64,000 bases of DNA from Octopus sinensis (lineage: Eukaryota), in assembly GCF_006345805.1 (NCBI RefSeq), contig NC_043003.1, positions 21,080,001 through 21,144,000 on the forward strand, written 5' to 3'. This document shows positions 12,782 to 25,231 of this stretch, in pieces. The notes under the pieces are model-generated. The model made no database searches. It saw only the letters and a list, made by a program, of their open reading frames with translations, and was not told where the DNA came from. Position numbers and translations under genes: made by a program. Numbering within the stretch: the stretch's first letter is position 1; each line of letters starts with the position of its first letter.

Positions 12782-13977
12782 CTGAAAAATATAAAGAATT
12801 GGGTTGAAAAATACCTTGTATGAAAAGGAATAAAAAGTATTTTAATATTTTATTCCTGGATTTACAAGTTTGAATTTGACTTTATGAAAGAATAATAAAA
12901 CAAGGGAAACAGAACCAGTGTGTGTTTTTTATTATCAGCATAATTAGTCTCCAGAGGTACAACTTCCTTAAAGTTAGAAAAACTGGCTGCAACTGAGAAG
13001 GAACACAGAACCATGAGAACAAGAAGTTAGAAGAGAAAGAAACATAGTGTGAACGGTAGAAGGGGAAGGAACTAATACAAGAATTCTCTTCAAAACGTTT
13101 TTGCTTTACAATGGTAAATAAAAAAAGTTTGATAGGGCATAAAGGTGTGAGAGAAAATTCAGAAAAACATGCTTAAAAAAAACCAAATGCTCATACAAAT
13201 TCCAATATTCAATACATTTCCCAGAAATAGGAAATAATGATTTCAAATTTTGGAACAAGGCCAGTCATTTTGGGAGTGGGGTAAGTTGATCACATCAATC
13301 CCTGTATTCAACTGGTACTTATTGACACTGAAAAGACGAAAGGCAAAGTTGACCTCGGCAGAATTTGAACACAGAACAAGAAGACCGACGAAATGCATCT
13401 AAGCATTTTTCCCAGCATGCTAACCATTCTGCCAGCTCACCACTGGCAGAATTCAACCAGCTCACTGTCTTGACACAGAAACAGACAATAAAATAGTTCA
13501 AATGTCCAATGAATTTTACAACAAGCACACATGACTGAAGGTTCAGTAGCAATGACATATATTCACAATTAGATATGATGAAGTTTTAAAAGAGTAAGAA
13601 AAAGAAAAAGAAGAAAGATTTTTTTAGAATTCCTGCTATAGTGCATGAAGAAGGATTCTTCATTACTGACTTTGCTAGTGAGAGCTTCAACTGTTAACCC
13701 TTTAGCGTTCAGATTATTCTGTCAAATGTAACGTCTATTTATTCACATCGTTTTGAATTAATCAGGCATTAATTTGTGTTTTACAGGGTTGCTTTATTTT
13801 GACCCTTAACTTAAAATTGAGAAAGACACATTAAAACTTTATTTCTGTCTTATTGTTAAATTATCAGTGCACACATAAATCTGCAGTGTGCATTAGGTCT
13901 CTTACCTTCTTTTAGGCTTGTGTCTTATGCAAAATCTGTGATGAGCCTGAGTAACACTGATGACCTGGAGTTGCCTT

Positions 13978-14011
<34 letters not shown>

Positions 14012-16146
14012 TTTTATTCTTTTACTCATTTCAGCCATTTGACTGTGGCCATGCTGGAGCACCACATTAAAGGGTTTTACTTGAAGAAATTGACCCCAAG
14101 ACTTATTCTTTGTAAGCCAAGTACTTATTCTAACTGCTAAGTTATGGGGACATAAACATACCAACATCAGTTGTCAAGTAATGGTAGGGAGACAAACACA
14201 GGGACACAAACACACAAATATATATATGACGGGTTTCTTATTTCTTTATTGCCCACAAATGGCTAAACATAGAGGGGACAAACAAGGACAGACAAAGGGA
14301 TTAAGTCGATAACATCGACCCCAGTGCGTAACTAGTACTTAATTTATCGACCCCAAAAGGATGAAAGGCAAAGTCGACCTTGGCGGAATTTGAACTCAGA
14401 ACGTAACGGCAGACGAAATACCGCTAAGCATTTCGCCCGGCATGCTAACATTTCTGCCAGCTCGCCACCTTCTTTCAGTTTCTGTCCTCGAATTCCACTC
14501 ACAAGGCTTTGGTTGGCCTGAGGCTATAGAAGAAGACATTTGCCCAAGGTGCCACACAGTGGGACTGAACCCAGAACCATGTGGTTGGGCGGCAAGCTTC
14601 ACACATGATGGGCTTCTTTCAGTTTCCTATCAGTTTTACTCATTAGGCTTTTGGTCAGCTTGTAGCTATAGTCAAAGATATTTTCCCAAAATGCTGTCAA
14701 TTGAATTTAGTCACTGAATACTGCCTTCACCCCCAGTAAGAATGACACAGCATACTGATAGCAAAGGAATGAATGCAAATATGATATGTGACATATATAA
14801 GAATGAAACACTGGCTATCAGTTGTTTGTCAAGTGGAGCCAACACCAAACCAGGCTAATTAGTTGAGATTCAGAAAAAGAAAATAAACTAATGAGAAAAA
14901 TAAGAATAAACCAGGTGTAGTCATGGCTGTGTGGTAAGAAGCTTGCTACCCAACCACATGGTTCTGGGTTCAGTCCCACTGCATGGCACCTTGGGCAAGT
15001 GTCTTCTACTATAGCCTTGGGTTGACCAAAGCCTTGTGCGTGGATTTGGTAGATGGAAACTGAAAGAAGCCCACTGTATATATACATATAAACTAAGATA
15101 AACTTAGATATGTTTTGACAAAAGATTGGTCCTGGCCATGTCTAACTTAATAGCACCACCTGATAGGATTGTCTAAATCCTGTTTAAGTCAAGTTTTGTT
15201 TATGGTCCATTCAAATAGTGAGTTCTCGTTGAGTGAGTTGTATCCAGGTATGGGTGGCTTATCTGGTATTCCTTGAAGAAATATGTTCAGACTCCATTTC
15301 AAGATGATGGGATCCTTTTCCTCTTTGATATCTTTTGGGACAATGTTAAACAGATATATATGTATATATCTAGTTGTGTGTGTCTGTGTTTGTTCACCAC
15401 ATCACTGCCTGACAACCAGTGCTGGTTCATTTATGTCCTGGTAACTTAGCAGTTTGGCATATAAGATCAATAAAATAAGTGCCAAGCAATGAAAAAATGT
15501 ACTGGGGTCGATTCATTCAACTAAAAATTATTTAAGGCAGTGCCCCAGCATGGCCACAGTTTAATGACTGAAACATGTAGAAAGTAAAAGATACAGAAAA
15601 TAAAAGAGTAAGGGAGAAAAAAATATGGCTAAGAAAATAATGGGTAACATGCCAACAGAATGTCCAACACTTGTTGCAGTGTTTTGGCTTGTGTGCCCCA
15701 CTGACTCTGAGAGTTATACCAGTAATGTTCAATCCCCTTGATAGGGCCTCCCATACCGGACAGGGTCAAAGGATAGAGGTTAATACTAATATGGGTTTGT
15801 GTAGGGCAAAAAAAAAAAAGCTCAAAGAAGCATTAATGATAATTCAAAGCCAACAAGACTTGAGAGAGGAAGGCCTTCCCTCAGGGAATACCATGCCACT
15901 AAATAAAAAAAAAGGAAACTGCAAGGAAGATAAAGATGAGCAAGGATTCAACTGGAGGGGAGCAGAAAAACTACCAAGAGTCAAGAACAATAAAGAAAAG
16001 TTGTCAGTGGCCTAAGCTCCATAGGAGGCAAGAGCTTAAGTGAGTGAAGTGAAGGGTAGCATGAGATATATATATATATATATATATAGTGAGAAAGAGA
16101 AGTGATGTGAGAGAGAAATACAGAAATATATATTTCAAATACTTAC

Positions 16147-16374
16147 ACTTGATTTCTGTAACTTTTCCTTTAAAATCTTTAGTTGTTCTGCACGTTTACT
16201 GCGGGCTTCCTCCATAGCTCTTTTGACTTTCCCACGCATGCGTAGTCTGTTGAATAAACTAAACAGAAAGGCTGTACCTGACACCACCAGGATTGCTAAA
16301 AACCCTGACTTAATGTAAGGACACATGTCCTCAGGTATATAGTGCTGACAGTATTTACGAATTGTTTCTTCCAT
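16147..16374 (-). CDS. FAAH: FAAH-like amidase copy A, coding exon 1 (76 aa, N-terminal hydrophobic anchor)
   Basis: MEETIRK...SGFLAILVVSGTAFLFSLF...KLQKSS. GTAAGT donor at 16146. Acceptor TTTTTCAG 6 nt upstream of the ATG (exon starts 16380), implying an upstream exon that I did not locate. Confidence 0.8.
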
Positions 16375-16515
16375 CTTTCACTGAAAAAGAAGGGACATTT
16401 TTAATCGGAAGCATGTGAAACTACCTGATGAGATTACATTTTGCTAAACGTATTTCACACATCATTTCTGAGATGGCTAATTTTAAAATGTATAAATAAA
16501 TGCATATAACTGAAA

Positions 16516-16966
16516 ATCTATACATATAAAGCTGAAGTTGTCTGTGTGTGTGTGTGTGTGTGGCAGGTTTGGTAGCCTTCAACTAACACTATCTCCTCTG
16601 AGACCCTGTGGCACAAGTTGACCAAAATTGAGAGTATGATAGAAAAAGGCTGGCTTTTCATTCCGTTGAAGAAAAAATTCAAATTGGACCATGTTAAGAT
16701 CAAAAATTATTTACATCAAAAAGGTGCTTTTTTTCTATGAAAATCCCTATTTTTTACAATTTGTTGACTGCTGTGTTGCCATTTTTCGGTATATTTCAAC
16801 CAGAAAAACGTTCACTTAAAGAGAATAACAAGCTACATAATGCAAAATTTTTACTTTTCAAAAAAGATTCAAACTATGTCAAAACTTTGTTAACATGACA
16901 TCAAAGTCTGCCATTTTCAGCGCAACTAAAAAACAAACCCAAGCAACGCTGGGCTATACTGCTAGT
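16516..16966 (-). mobile_element. Helentron/DINE-like element of a related family
   Basis: Reverse complement starts ACTAGCAGTATAGCCCAGCGTTGCTTGGG and ends (CA)n-CAGACAACTTCAGCTTTATATGTATAGAT. Confidence 0.6.
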
Positions 16967-17019
16967 TTATAATAAATACATATAAATAAGTAAATACACT
17001 GAGAGACCACAGCTACAGT

Positions 17020-17200
17020 ACTATGGACATATGGTTAGAATGCCTCAGGAAAGGATCGCAAATCAGATTCTTCAAGCCAAGCCAACTGGTTGGAGACTTA
17101 AGGGCAGACTAATTCTGAGATGGTTGATAATATCTGCTTGGGAAAGTGCACTGACAGTTACTTCTTACAGGATCCTATGGAGGAGGTGGTTCCTGAGGGC
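17020..17200 (+). mobile_element. Fragment of a second RTE-like LINE family
   Basis: YGHMVRMPQERIANQIL...GWRLKGR..RW C-terminal RTE motif. Confidence 0.55.
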
Positions 17201-17489
17201 TCTACCCTCATGGTCCTTCCATTATAGTAGGTGGTGATAACAGGCGGAAGAATGTTTACAAATGCAAGCAAAGAAAAGAGTAATAAACACATGTGGTAAG
17301 CAGCACCAGTGACTTATGTTGTGTTTCATATGTTTGTGATGATTCAGACTTTCTAGAAGAGAATACTGAACACCCAGAAGGTAACTAGAACAGTTAGTCC
17401 TTCCTGACTCTCCTTGGTTATTAGATGTCATTTGACGTACCTCAGTATCCTGCTTTTAGAAATGGGTAGATAAAAAATCAGGGTAGTCA

Positions 17490-18330
17490 AAGCATGTAAT
17501 GGATGTGAAAAAGTTCCACACCCTAGCGGTTGAGGGAACCTGTGGAAGAGGTAGACCCAGGAAGACCTGGGATGAGGTGGTGAAGCACGACCTTCGAACA
17601 TTAAGCCTTGCTGAGGCAATGACTAGTGACTAAGACAAGTTGGACCTAAGAAGCATCAGATGTGGTGTGCAAGAGAGACGACTGCACTGGTATGGTCATG
17701 TGGCAAGAATGGATGAGGATAGCTGTGTGAAAAAGTGCCACACCATAGCAGTTGAGGGAACCTGTGAAAGAGGTAGACCCAGGAATACCTGGGATGAGGT
17801 GGTGGTGAAGCATGACCTTCAAACAATAGGCCTCACAGAGGCAATGACTAGTGACAAGACCTTTGGAAATATGCTGTGCTTGAAGAGACCTGGCAAAACA
17901 AGTGAGACCATAAGCCATGGCCTTTACCAGAGGTGTAGCCAGCCCACTTATGCGTACTTTTCCTTCTTTGGACACAAAACTCCACTTGCGAAGACCTGCT
18001 GAGGCAAGTGAAATCAAATTCGAAATCAAACCAAATTTGACGACTGGCACCCATGCCAACTTTCCTTCATTGGACACTAAACTCTGCTTGTGAAGACCTG
18101 TTGGGGCAAGTGAAATCGAAATTGAACCAAATTCGATGACTGGCACCCGTGCCAGTGGAGTGCTAATACCTCCATCCGAGCAGGATCACTGCCAGAGCAG
18201 CTGTCTGGCTTCTGTGCTGGTGGCACGTAAAAAGCACCATTTGAGTGTGATCGTTACCAGCGTCACCTTACTGGCACTTGTGCCGGTGGTACGCGAACAA
18301 AATATTCGAGGGAGGTCATTGCCCGGGCAT
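17490..18330 (+). mobile_element. RTE LINE 3' fragments (two tandem pieces plus UTR)
   Basis: RRLHWYGHVARMDEDSCVKKCH...RGRPRNTW; the C-terminal piece occurs twice (17500-17635, 17640-17850). Confidence 0.88.
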
Positions 18331-18667
18331 AAAAATTCATACATACATTCATACATACATACATACACACACACACGCACATACATACATACATACATAC
18401 ATACAGAGAGAGAGAGAGAGAGAGAGAGGCAGGGAGACAAACAGACAGACAGAAATAGACACACACATGCTCACAAAGTTTATCATAGAAAATATAGCTA
18501 ATGATAAACATGTACTTTTGCATTTTTGCTTTCAAAAGAAGCTGTGCTTATGGCTTACCTTTGAACTATATGGTGAGAAATTATGTCTTTATGTTATTAA
18601 TAAGTAGGACAGAAAAGAAATAAATATAGATAAATAATGCACTAAAGTTTATCATTCATCTGTGTGT

Positions 18668-19062
18668 GTATGTATACTCTATTACTTGTTTCAGTCATTT
18701 GACTGTGGCCATGCTGGAGCACTGCCTTTAGTCGAGCAAATCGATCCCAGGACTTATTCTTTGTAAGCCTAGTACTTATTCTATCGGTCTCTTTTGCTGA
18801 ACCGCTAAGTTACAGAGATGTAAACACACCACCATCAGTTGTCAAGCAATGTTGGAGCGACAAACACAGACACACAAACACATACACATATATGTGTACA
18901 TATACATATATACGACAGGCTTCTTTCAGTTTCCATCTACCAAATCCACTCACAAAGCTTTGGTCGGCCTGAGGCTATAGTAGAAGACATTTGCCCAAAG
19001 TGCCACGCAGTGGGACTGAACCTGGAACCATGTGATTAGTAAGCAAGCTACTTACCACACAA
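18668..19062 (-). mobile_element. Bipartite SINE with central microsatellite (family A), well preserved copy
   Basis: TGTGGTAAGTAGCTTGCT...GGTTCAGTCCCACTGCGTGGCAC...(micro)...GCTCCAGCATGGCC...TGACTGAAACAAGTAA. More than 15 copies, e.g. 7786-8200, 8375-9045, 10585-10810, 11900-12390, 14920-15580, 21820-22050, 49145-49290, 51770-51985. Confidence 0.85.
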
Positions 19063-19251
19063 CTAAGACGGACAGATAGATAGATAGATCGATAGATATA
19101 AATATGTATGCCTATATAGATCTGTGTATAAAAGCTAGTGAAGTTTGTAAATTAATTGTTTATTCCAGTGTCACCTTATTTTCTTATATATATATATATA
19201 TATCATCATCATATACACACATAAAAATATATATGTATGTATGCATGAACC

Positions 19252-19304
<53 letters not shown>

Positions 19305-19307
19305 ACG

Positions 19308-19338
<31 letters not shown>

Positions 19339-20572
19339 TGTGTGGAGATGTGATGTTATACTTACGCACTTAAATATATTTACAGCTTAAAGGCAGACTT
19401 AAGCATACACATTATAATAAGAAAATCATAAACAAAAAAATCACTTAAAAATAGTAAACAATATTTTGTTAAGCAAGATTAAGGCATTTGTTATGAATAT
19501 ATTAATCTATAAACAAGAGAAAATATTCTATAAAAACAAATAATACACATGAAAAACAACTTGTATATATGTTATGTACAACTTACAACTGTCTATTTTT
19601 TGTGTCTCTTAATAGTATATATCATTCGTATTTAGTAATCAAAGTTGAAGTTTACCTTATCACTTTCAGTAGCAACCAAATGTCACAGCCACGAGCAAAA
19701 TATAGTTGCAGCTAATTAATAAAGCCGTTAACCTTCACTTGAAGTATCTATGTAGTTGTATTGTGAAAAATATACTAAGAAAAAATGAGTTTATAATGGT
19801 AGTGAAGCATAAAAAAAGTGTCACATAATGAGAATGGGGTATAATCAAGGGTGAATACTAAATTATAAACCTAAGATAAAGTACTATTGAATTGATCTAC
19901 TGGGTTTCAAAACCAAGATAAAAACTCATGTGAATCAAAGTCAACTGAAATATTTCTCTATACTATAAGCTTGTAAAACTAGAGCTTCTCATTGGGTCAT
20001 AAACTGCACTGCAGATAAGAGAGTGATGTTTCATTGACTTAGTAATGGTTGTGTTGTTAAGAAGCTTGCTTTGCAACCTCTTGGTTCTGTGTTCAATTCC
20101 AGTCTCTCTGTGCAGAACCTTTGGCAAGTGTCTTCTAGTATAGTCCCTGACCAATTAATGCCTTGTCAATGAATTTGGTATATCACACACTCACATATAT
20201 ATATCACAGTGAAGGCTCATGGCTCAGTGATTAGAGCGTCGGGCTAACAATCATGAGGTAGCGAGTTCAATTTCCGGATCAGGCAGTGTGTTGTGTTCTT
20301 GAACAAGACACTGTTTCACGTTACTCCAATTCACTCAGCTGTATAAATGGGTTGCAACATCACTGCGGCCAAGCTGTATTGGCCTTTGCCTTTCCCTTGG
20401 ATAACACTGGTGGCATGGAAAGGAGAGGCTGGTATGCTTGGGCAACTGCTGGTCTTCCATAAACAAACTTGCCCTGGCTTGGAGGAGAATTTTCTAGGTG
20501 CAATCTCATAGTTATTCATGACTGAAGGAAGTCTTTACCCAATATATATCACATATACATATTCAAAATATC

Positions 20573-21560
20573 CACACTACATATGTTTCATAACTAGTAG
20601 AACCTCAGAAGTTGTAAAGTGAGTGAAGTGAGTAAAGTGGGGCAGGTAAAGTGAGTAAATGAGTAAAATAGGGCGGATGGGGGAGAGAAGGTTTGGTTCT
20701 GAAATTGGCTGGGGAGATGCCTTTATGAAATTTAGGTCGGAGTCATTCATGGGTTGTTTGTGAGATAGATAAGTAAACATACTCTAACATTCTATAAAGC
20801 CATTTAAACAGAGTCAAAGGATGAAAATATAGGAGTGGTATTTGAAATGGAAAAGGTGGGGGATTGAAGGAGAGAGGGGTGGAAGATAACGTGTTTTGGG
20901 TTAACATAGTAGACTTAGTGTCACCCTTTGAGTTGGTAGAAATAATTTAAATTTAAAATTTAGGGATGGTGAGTGAAGTGGGAAATAGTAGTTGTAGCTT
21001 AAATCTGAGATTATGTGTGTATTAGTGCACATGCACATATATGTTGTGCATCTGTAGAATCTAGTAGATGTGTATGTACGCATGGGTATCTGCATATTTT
21101 TATGTGTGGATGGGATGTATGTGGAGATAGAAAAGTTATGAAAACTTAAAGTATAAAGGATAGGGAAAACAGGGAGGAATTTAGAAAATATATAACAGTG
21201 GTTAAAAGGTTGTTTGTTGTAAAGATATATGTAAGAGGGTTATCAGTTGGGGGAAGGGAGGATAGTTAGGGGATGATGTGGGGATGGTATTGGGGGGGAT
21301 TGGTGTTATTTGTAGTTAGAGAATGAGTTGCATAATTTATGTTGGCAAGTAAAAATTATGCTGTCCTGTTCATTTAGACAATCAGTGGACTGCATAATGA
21401 AGAAGACCTCAGCAATGCAGAGATCACACTTGTTGTTATAGCCAGTAGCTGGAAAGAAGATAGAAGTGGTGGTGGGGTGTTGGAGCATCTCAAGATACAG
21501 TGGATTGCAGGGGGTAGATAGATGTAATTCACCGATTTTACAAAGTTCTCGCCACCTTTC
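20573..21560 (-). mobile_element. Older degenerate Penelope-like element
   Basis: Minus-strand KCDLCIAEVFFIM...LNEQDS...CQH resembles the C-terminus of the 38 kb ORF; then a CT-rich tract; then CTGAGG...GAAACATATGTA at 20573-20615. Confidence 0.5.
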
Positions 21561-22377
21561 ATCAATTTTCGTATATGAGACCAATAAAATGCTTATTTTT
21601 TTCCTGCTCAGACTAGGAAATGTGCTGCAGATATAGTGAAAGCATGATCCAACTTTACAAAGTGCCTTAAAAAAACTGCTTCATAAAACCAAGTTTGATG
21701 TGGAGTGGAGGGAGGATGATTTTTTTCCAGTTGAACTAATGGCTGTTCAACTACCGTAAAAGATCCTAGAAATAATATTTGCTGTGGCCATTTTTTGATT
21801 ACCCTGGGTCCCACATTTATGCGTGGGTGTCTTTGTTTCTTTCTGTCCTTCATCAACATTTGACAACTAGTGTTGACCTGTTTACGTCTTCATGACTTAG
21901 CAGTTTGGCAAAAGAGAGTAACAGAATAAGTACCAAACATGAAAAATAAGCACTGGGGTGGGGGGATGATTTATTTTGCTAAAGTCTTCAAGGCAGTACT
22001 CCAGAATGGTCAAAGTCTAATGACAGAAACAAGTAAAAGATAAAACAAAGAAAGATAACACAGATAGGTATCTGTGTATTTCAGTGTGTGTGTGCATGCA
22101 TTTGTATGTATGTATGTATGTATGTATGTATGTATGTATGTATGTATATATGTATGTATGCATGTGTGTGTGTTTGTATGTATGTATGTGTGTATATATG
22201 TATGTATGCATGTGTGTGTGTTGTATGTATGTATGTATGTGTGTTTGTATGTATGTATGTATGTATGTTTGTATGTATGTATGTATCTGTGAGTGAGTGA
22301 ATGTATGTATACATACATACATACATACATAAATACATACATACATGTATATGTGTGTACGTATGTCCATACGTACA

Positions 22378-22411
<34 letters not shown>

Positions 22412-22869
22412 CATACATATATAAAAGAGTGAAATTATGTTATCAAAGATAAACATTACTCACCAATTATTTATTTTAAAAAATGTATTGCAATCAGCTC
22501 GTGTCAGGACAGATATGCGTTTTATTAAAACTTTAACTTGAAAACTCAAGAAGCTCACAAATGTTGATTTAGAAGATTTATCAGCAGGGATAAAATAAAT
22601 GTTAATAAACGCTTTGGCAGGAGATATAGATTTCAATGTTCATTTTAAGCTGTAAATGTGTGAATTTGGGCCTACCTGGCTAAACTAGTGGTTGGATATT
22701 CATTTGATTGTATCAAACTGTCTTAAAGAATGAAGTGACAGTGAAGTCATATCTCAGCTGTGCCCAGTCATAGATTTTCCTTCTCTGAGCATCTTATTAA
22801 TAATTTGCATGTGCTACGTGCTCATGTTGTGTCTTCATGTCTTTCTTCTCTGTTTTTAAATTAACTAAT

Positions 22870-22900
<31 letters not shown>

Positions 22901-23283
22901 TTATGTGTGTGTGTGTGTCTTTGTTTGTCCCCCCATCATCACTTAAGAAATAATGCTGTTTATGTCCCCGTAACTTAGCAGTTTGGCTAAAGTGACCAAT
23001 AGAATAAGTACTAGGCTTACAGTTCCTTTGACTAAAACCCTTTAAGGTGATGCTCCAGCATGGCCACAGTCAAATGACTGAAACAAGTAAAAGAAGAAAA
23101 GAATATATCCATTCTCCTTATGCAAAGGGTTAAAAATACTTCTGGTCATAGAAAAAATTAACAGTTATGATAGGATTTTGAGACATCTAATCATTAAACT
23201 GAGGAATAATTACCAGAAAAGTAATTCTTATTCAATCTAAAGTATCTGGTTTTAAAATTTCTGAAAGAGATTTACATAGTAAC

Positions 23284-23551
23284 AGAACTAAACAGTAATG
23301 TTTGTTACTGCTTTTACGTGGCTGTTCCATGCAGAACAAATGTTACTACATTTTAATACCAGGAAAGCATCTTTTCTTGCTGGTTAATGACACACAAACT
23401 GTCTGTTTTATTGCAAGTAAACAGACACATGTTGTGTGTCATTAACCAGCAGGAAAAGCAGTTTTCCTGGAGTTAACATGTAGTAACATTTGTTCATTTG
23501 TTCTGCATGAAATAGCCATGTAAAAATGGTAATAAACATTACTCTAGTTCT
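23284..23551. mobile_element. Fold-back MITE (~125-bp imperfect arms)
   Basis: AGAACTAAACAGTAATGTTTGTTAC... versus ...GTAATAAACATTACTCTAGTTCT; related fragment at about 9945-10020. Confidence 0.75.
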
Positions 23552-23578
23552 TATTCATTTTTTAAAAAAATATATACA

Positions 23579-24008
23579 TACAGGGGTTGGACAAAATAAT
23601 GGAAACACCTAGCATCATCATAGCATCATAATTTTGAAATATCTGTAAAACCATCAAAAGTTTGTTTATTTTTATGTTTTTTTTATTTATGATTAGTGTT
23701 GCTTAATTTGTTTTGCTAAAATTGCTGTCTCTTTTCAGATATCATCAGAGAAAGGTAATTAAAATGATAGATCTTTCAGACTTTCAAAGAGGTCAAATTG
23801 TTGGTGCTTGTATGGCAGGCGTTAGCATAATGAAAACAGCCAAAATATTTGGTGCATCAAGAAGAAGAATGGATAAAAATTCCTTTGGAAACAATTCAAA
23901 CTTCCTCGTAGAATTCAAGCTGTAATTACTGCGAAAGGCAGACCTACCACATATTAAAATAAATTTGTTTGAAATTTTAAGGTGTTTCCATTAGTTTGAC
24001 CAATTTAA
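23579..24008 (+). mobile_element. Internally deleted Tc1-like transposon
   Basis: TIR GGTTGGACAAAATAATGGAAACACCT versus AGGTGTTTCCATTAGTTTGACCAA; remnant MIDLSDFQRGQIVGA..AG.S...TAKIFGASR paired-type HTH; TA flanks. Confidence 0.85.
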
Positions 24009-24221
24009 GTATATACTTATATACATATAGATATACATGGGCATGGCCGTGTAGTTAGAAGATTGCTTCTCAACCACATATTTCTGAGTTCAGTCCCATC
24101 ATGTGACCCCTTGGGGAAGTATCTTCTACTATAGCTTAGGGTCAACCAAAGACTTGTCAGTAATTGAAAGAAGCCAATTGTATGTATGTATGTGTGTGTG
24201 TGTATTACATTATATTATATC

Positions 24222-24252
<31 letters not shown>

Positions 24253-24255
<3 letters not shown>

Positions 24256-25231
24256 AGCGTACACTTGAGTGAAATTCATCTCCGCTTTATTATATATATA
24301 CACATTTGAACATAGCAGATAACAACTAGCCTTTGGCCGTGATTTGGACCCCATTGTGTCCACTACTCTGATTGGTTGGTATTGGTGCAATTTGTCTCTT
24401 ACTCTGTCACGCCAATCTTTAGCGTATAAACCAATCGATGCTCCTAAATAAGATCACGTGAGACAACGAGCATCTAAAAATGGTGACCCCGACATAGAAC
24501 ACGCTCCACAACGTCCTTCTAAAAATGGTGACCCAACGTAGAACACGTACCATGGTCCACAATCTTTAAGGTGACCCGACTTAGAACACACATTCTATTT
24601 CATACTTCAGTGCCAGCTTTCATTTTACTTTAATGAACAAATGTTCTTTCTAATTTCACCTTTTCGCTACAGAAATATCTTCCTTTTATCGTCTATTTTG
24701 TCTCCCACAAAATGACTTCTGAGGGGCTGTCTGTAGTGTACACTTGAGTGAAATTCCTCTCTCCTTTGTTATATATACATACATTCAAACGTAGCGGATA
24801 ACAGCTAGCCCTTGACTGCTATTTGGACCCCATTGTATTCACTACTCTGATTGGTTGGTGCTGGCACAATTTGTCTCTTACTCTGTCGTGCCAACCTGCA
24901 GTGTATAACCAATCGGTGCTCTAAATAAGATCACGTGAGACGGCCTGTTCTTAACTCAGTTTGAGCCTATAGCTCTTTATAAAAACCCAGCTATTTCTCG
25001 TCTCAAAGTCTTTGGTTCCAGACCTTCTAAGGTATAGCCACTGACCACATAAGACAGCCAGTTTCAGCGACAAAGCCAGACCCTCCGGTTTCAACATAGT
25101 ACTGTTCGTGAATTATTTCACAGCAAAGACACAACCTGTGAGCCAGACGATAACACCTGTCCAGCATTATGGCAATCTCTTTCTTCGTTGCCACCATCTT
25201 CTTCTTAATGACATCAACATCTCTACGTACA
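24253..25231 (+). mobile_element. TRIM-like / collapsed LTR retrotransposon remnant
   Basis: TGTAG-initiated direct repeats 24253-24464 and 24732-24941; TGGTGACCCCGAC PBS-like motif at 24481; purine tract GAGGGG just before the second repeat. Confidence 0.62.

Noticed and set aside
15671-16015. 114-aa Lys-rich plus-strand ORF
   Set aside because: No recognisable motif; purine-rich intronic sequence antisense to FAAH-A.
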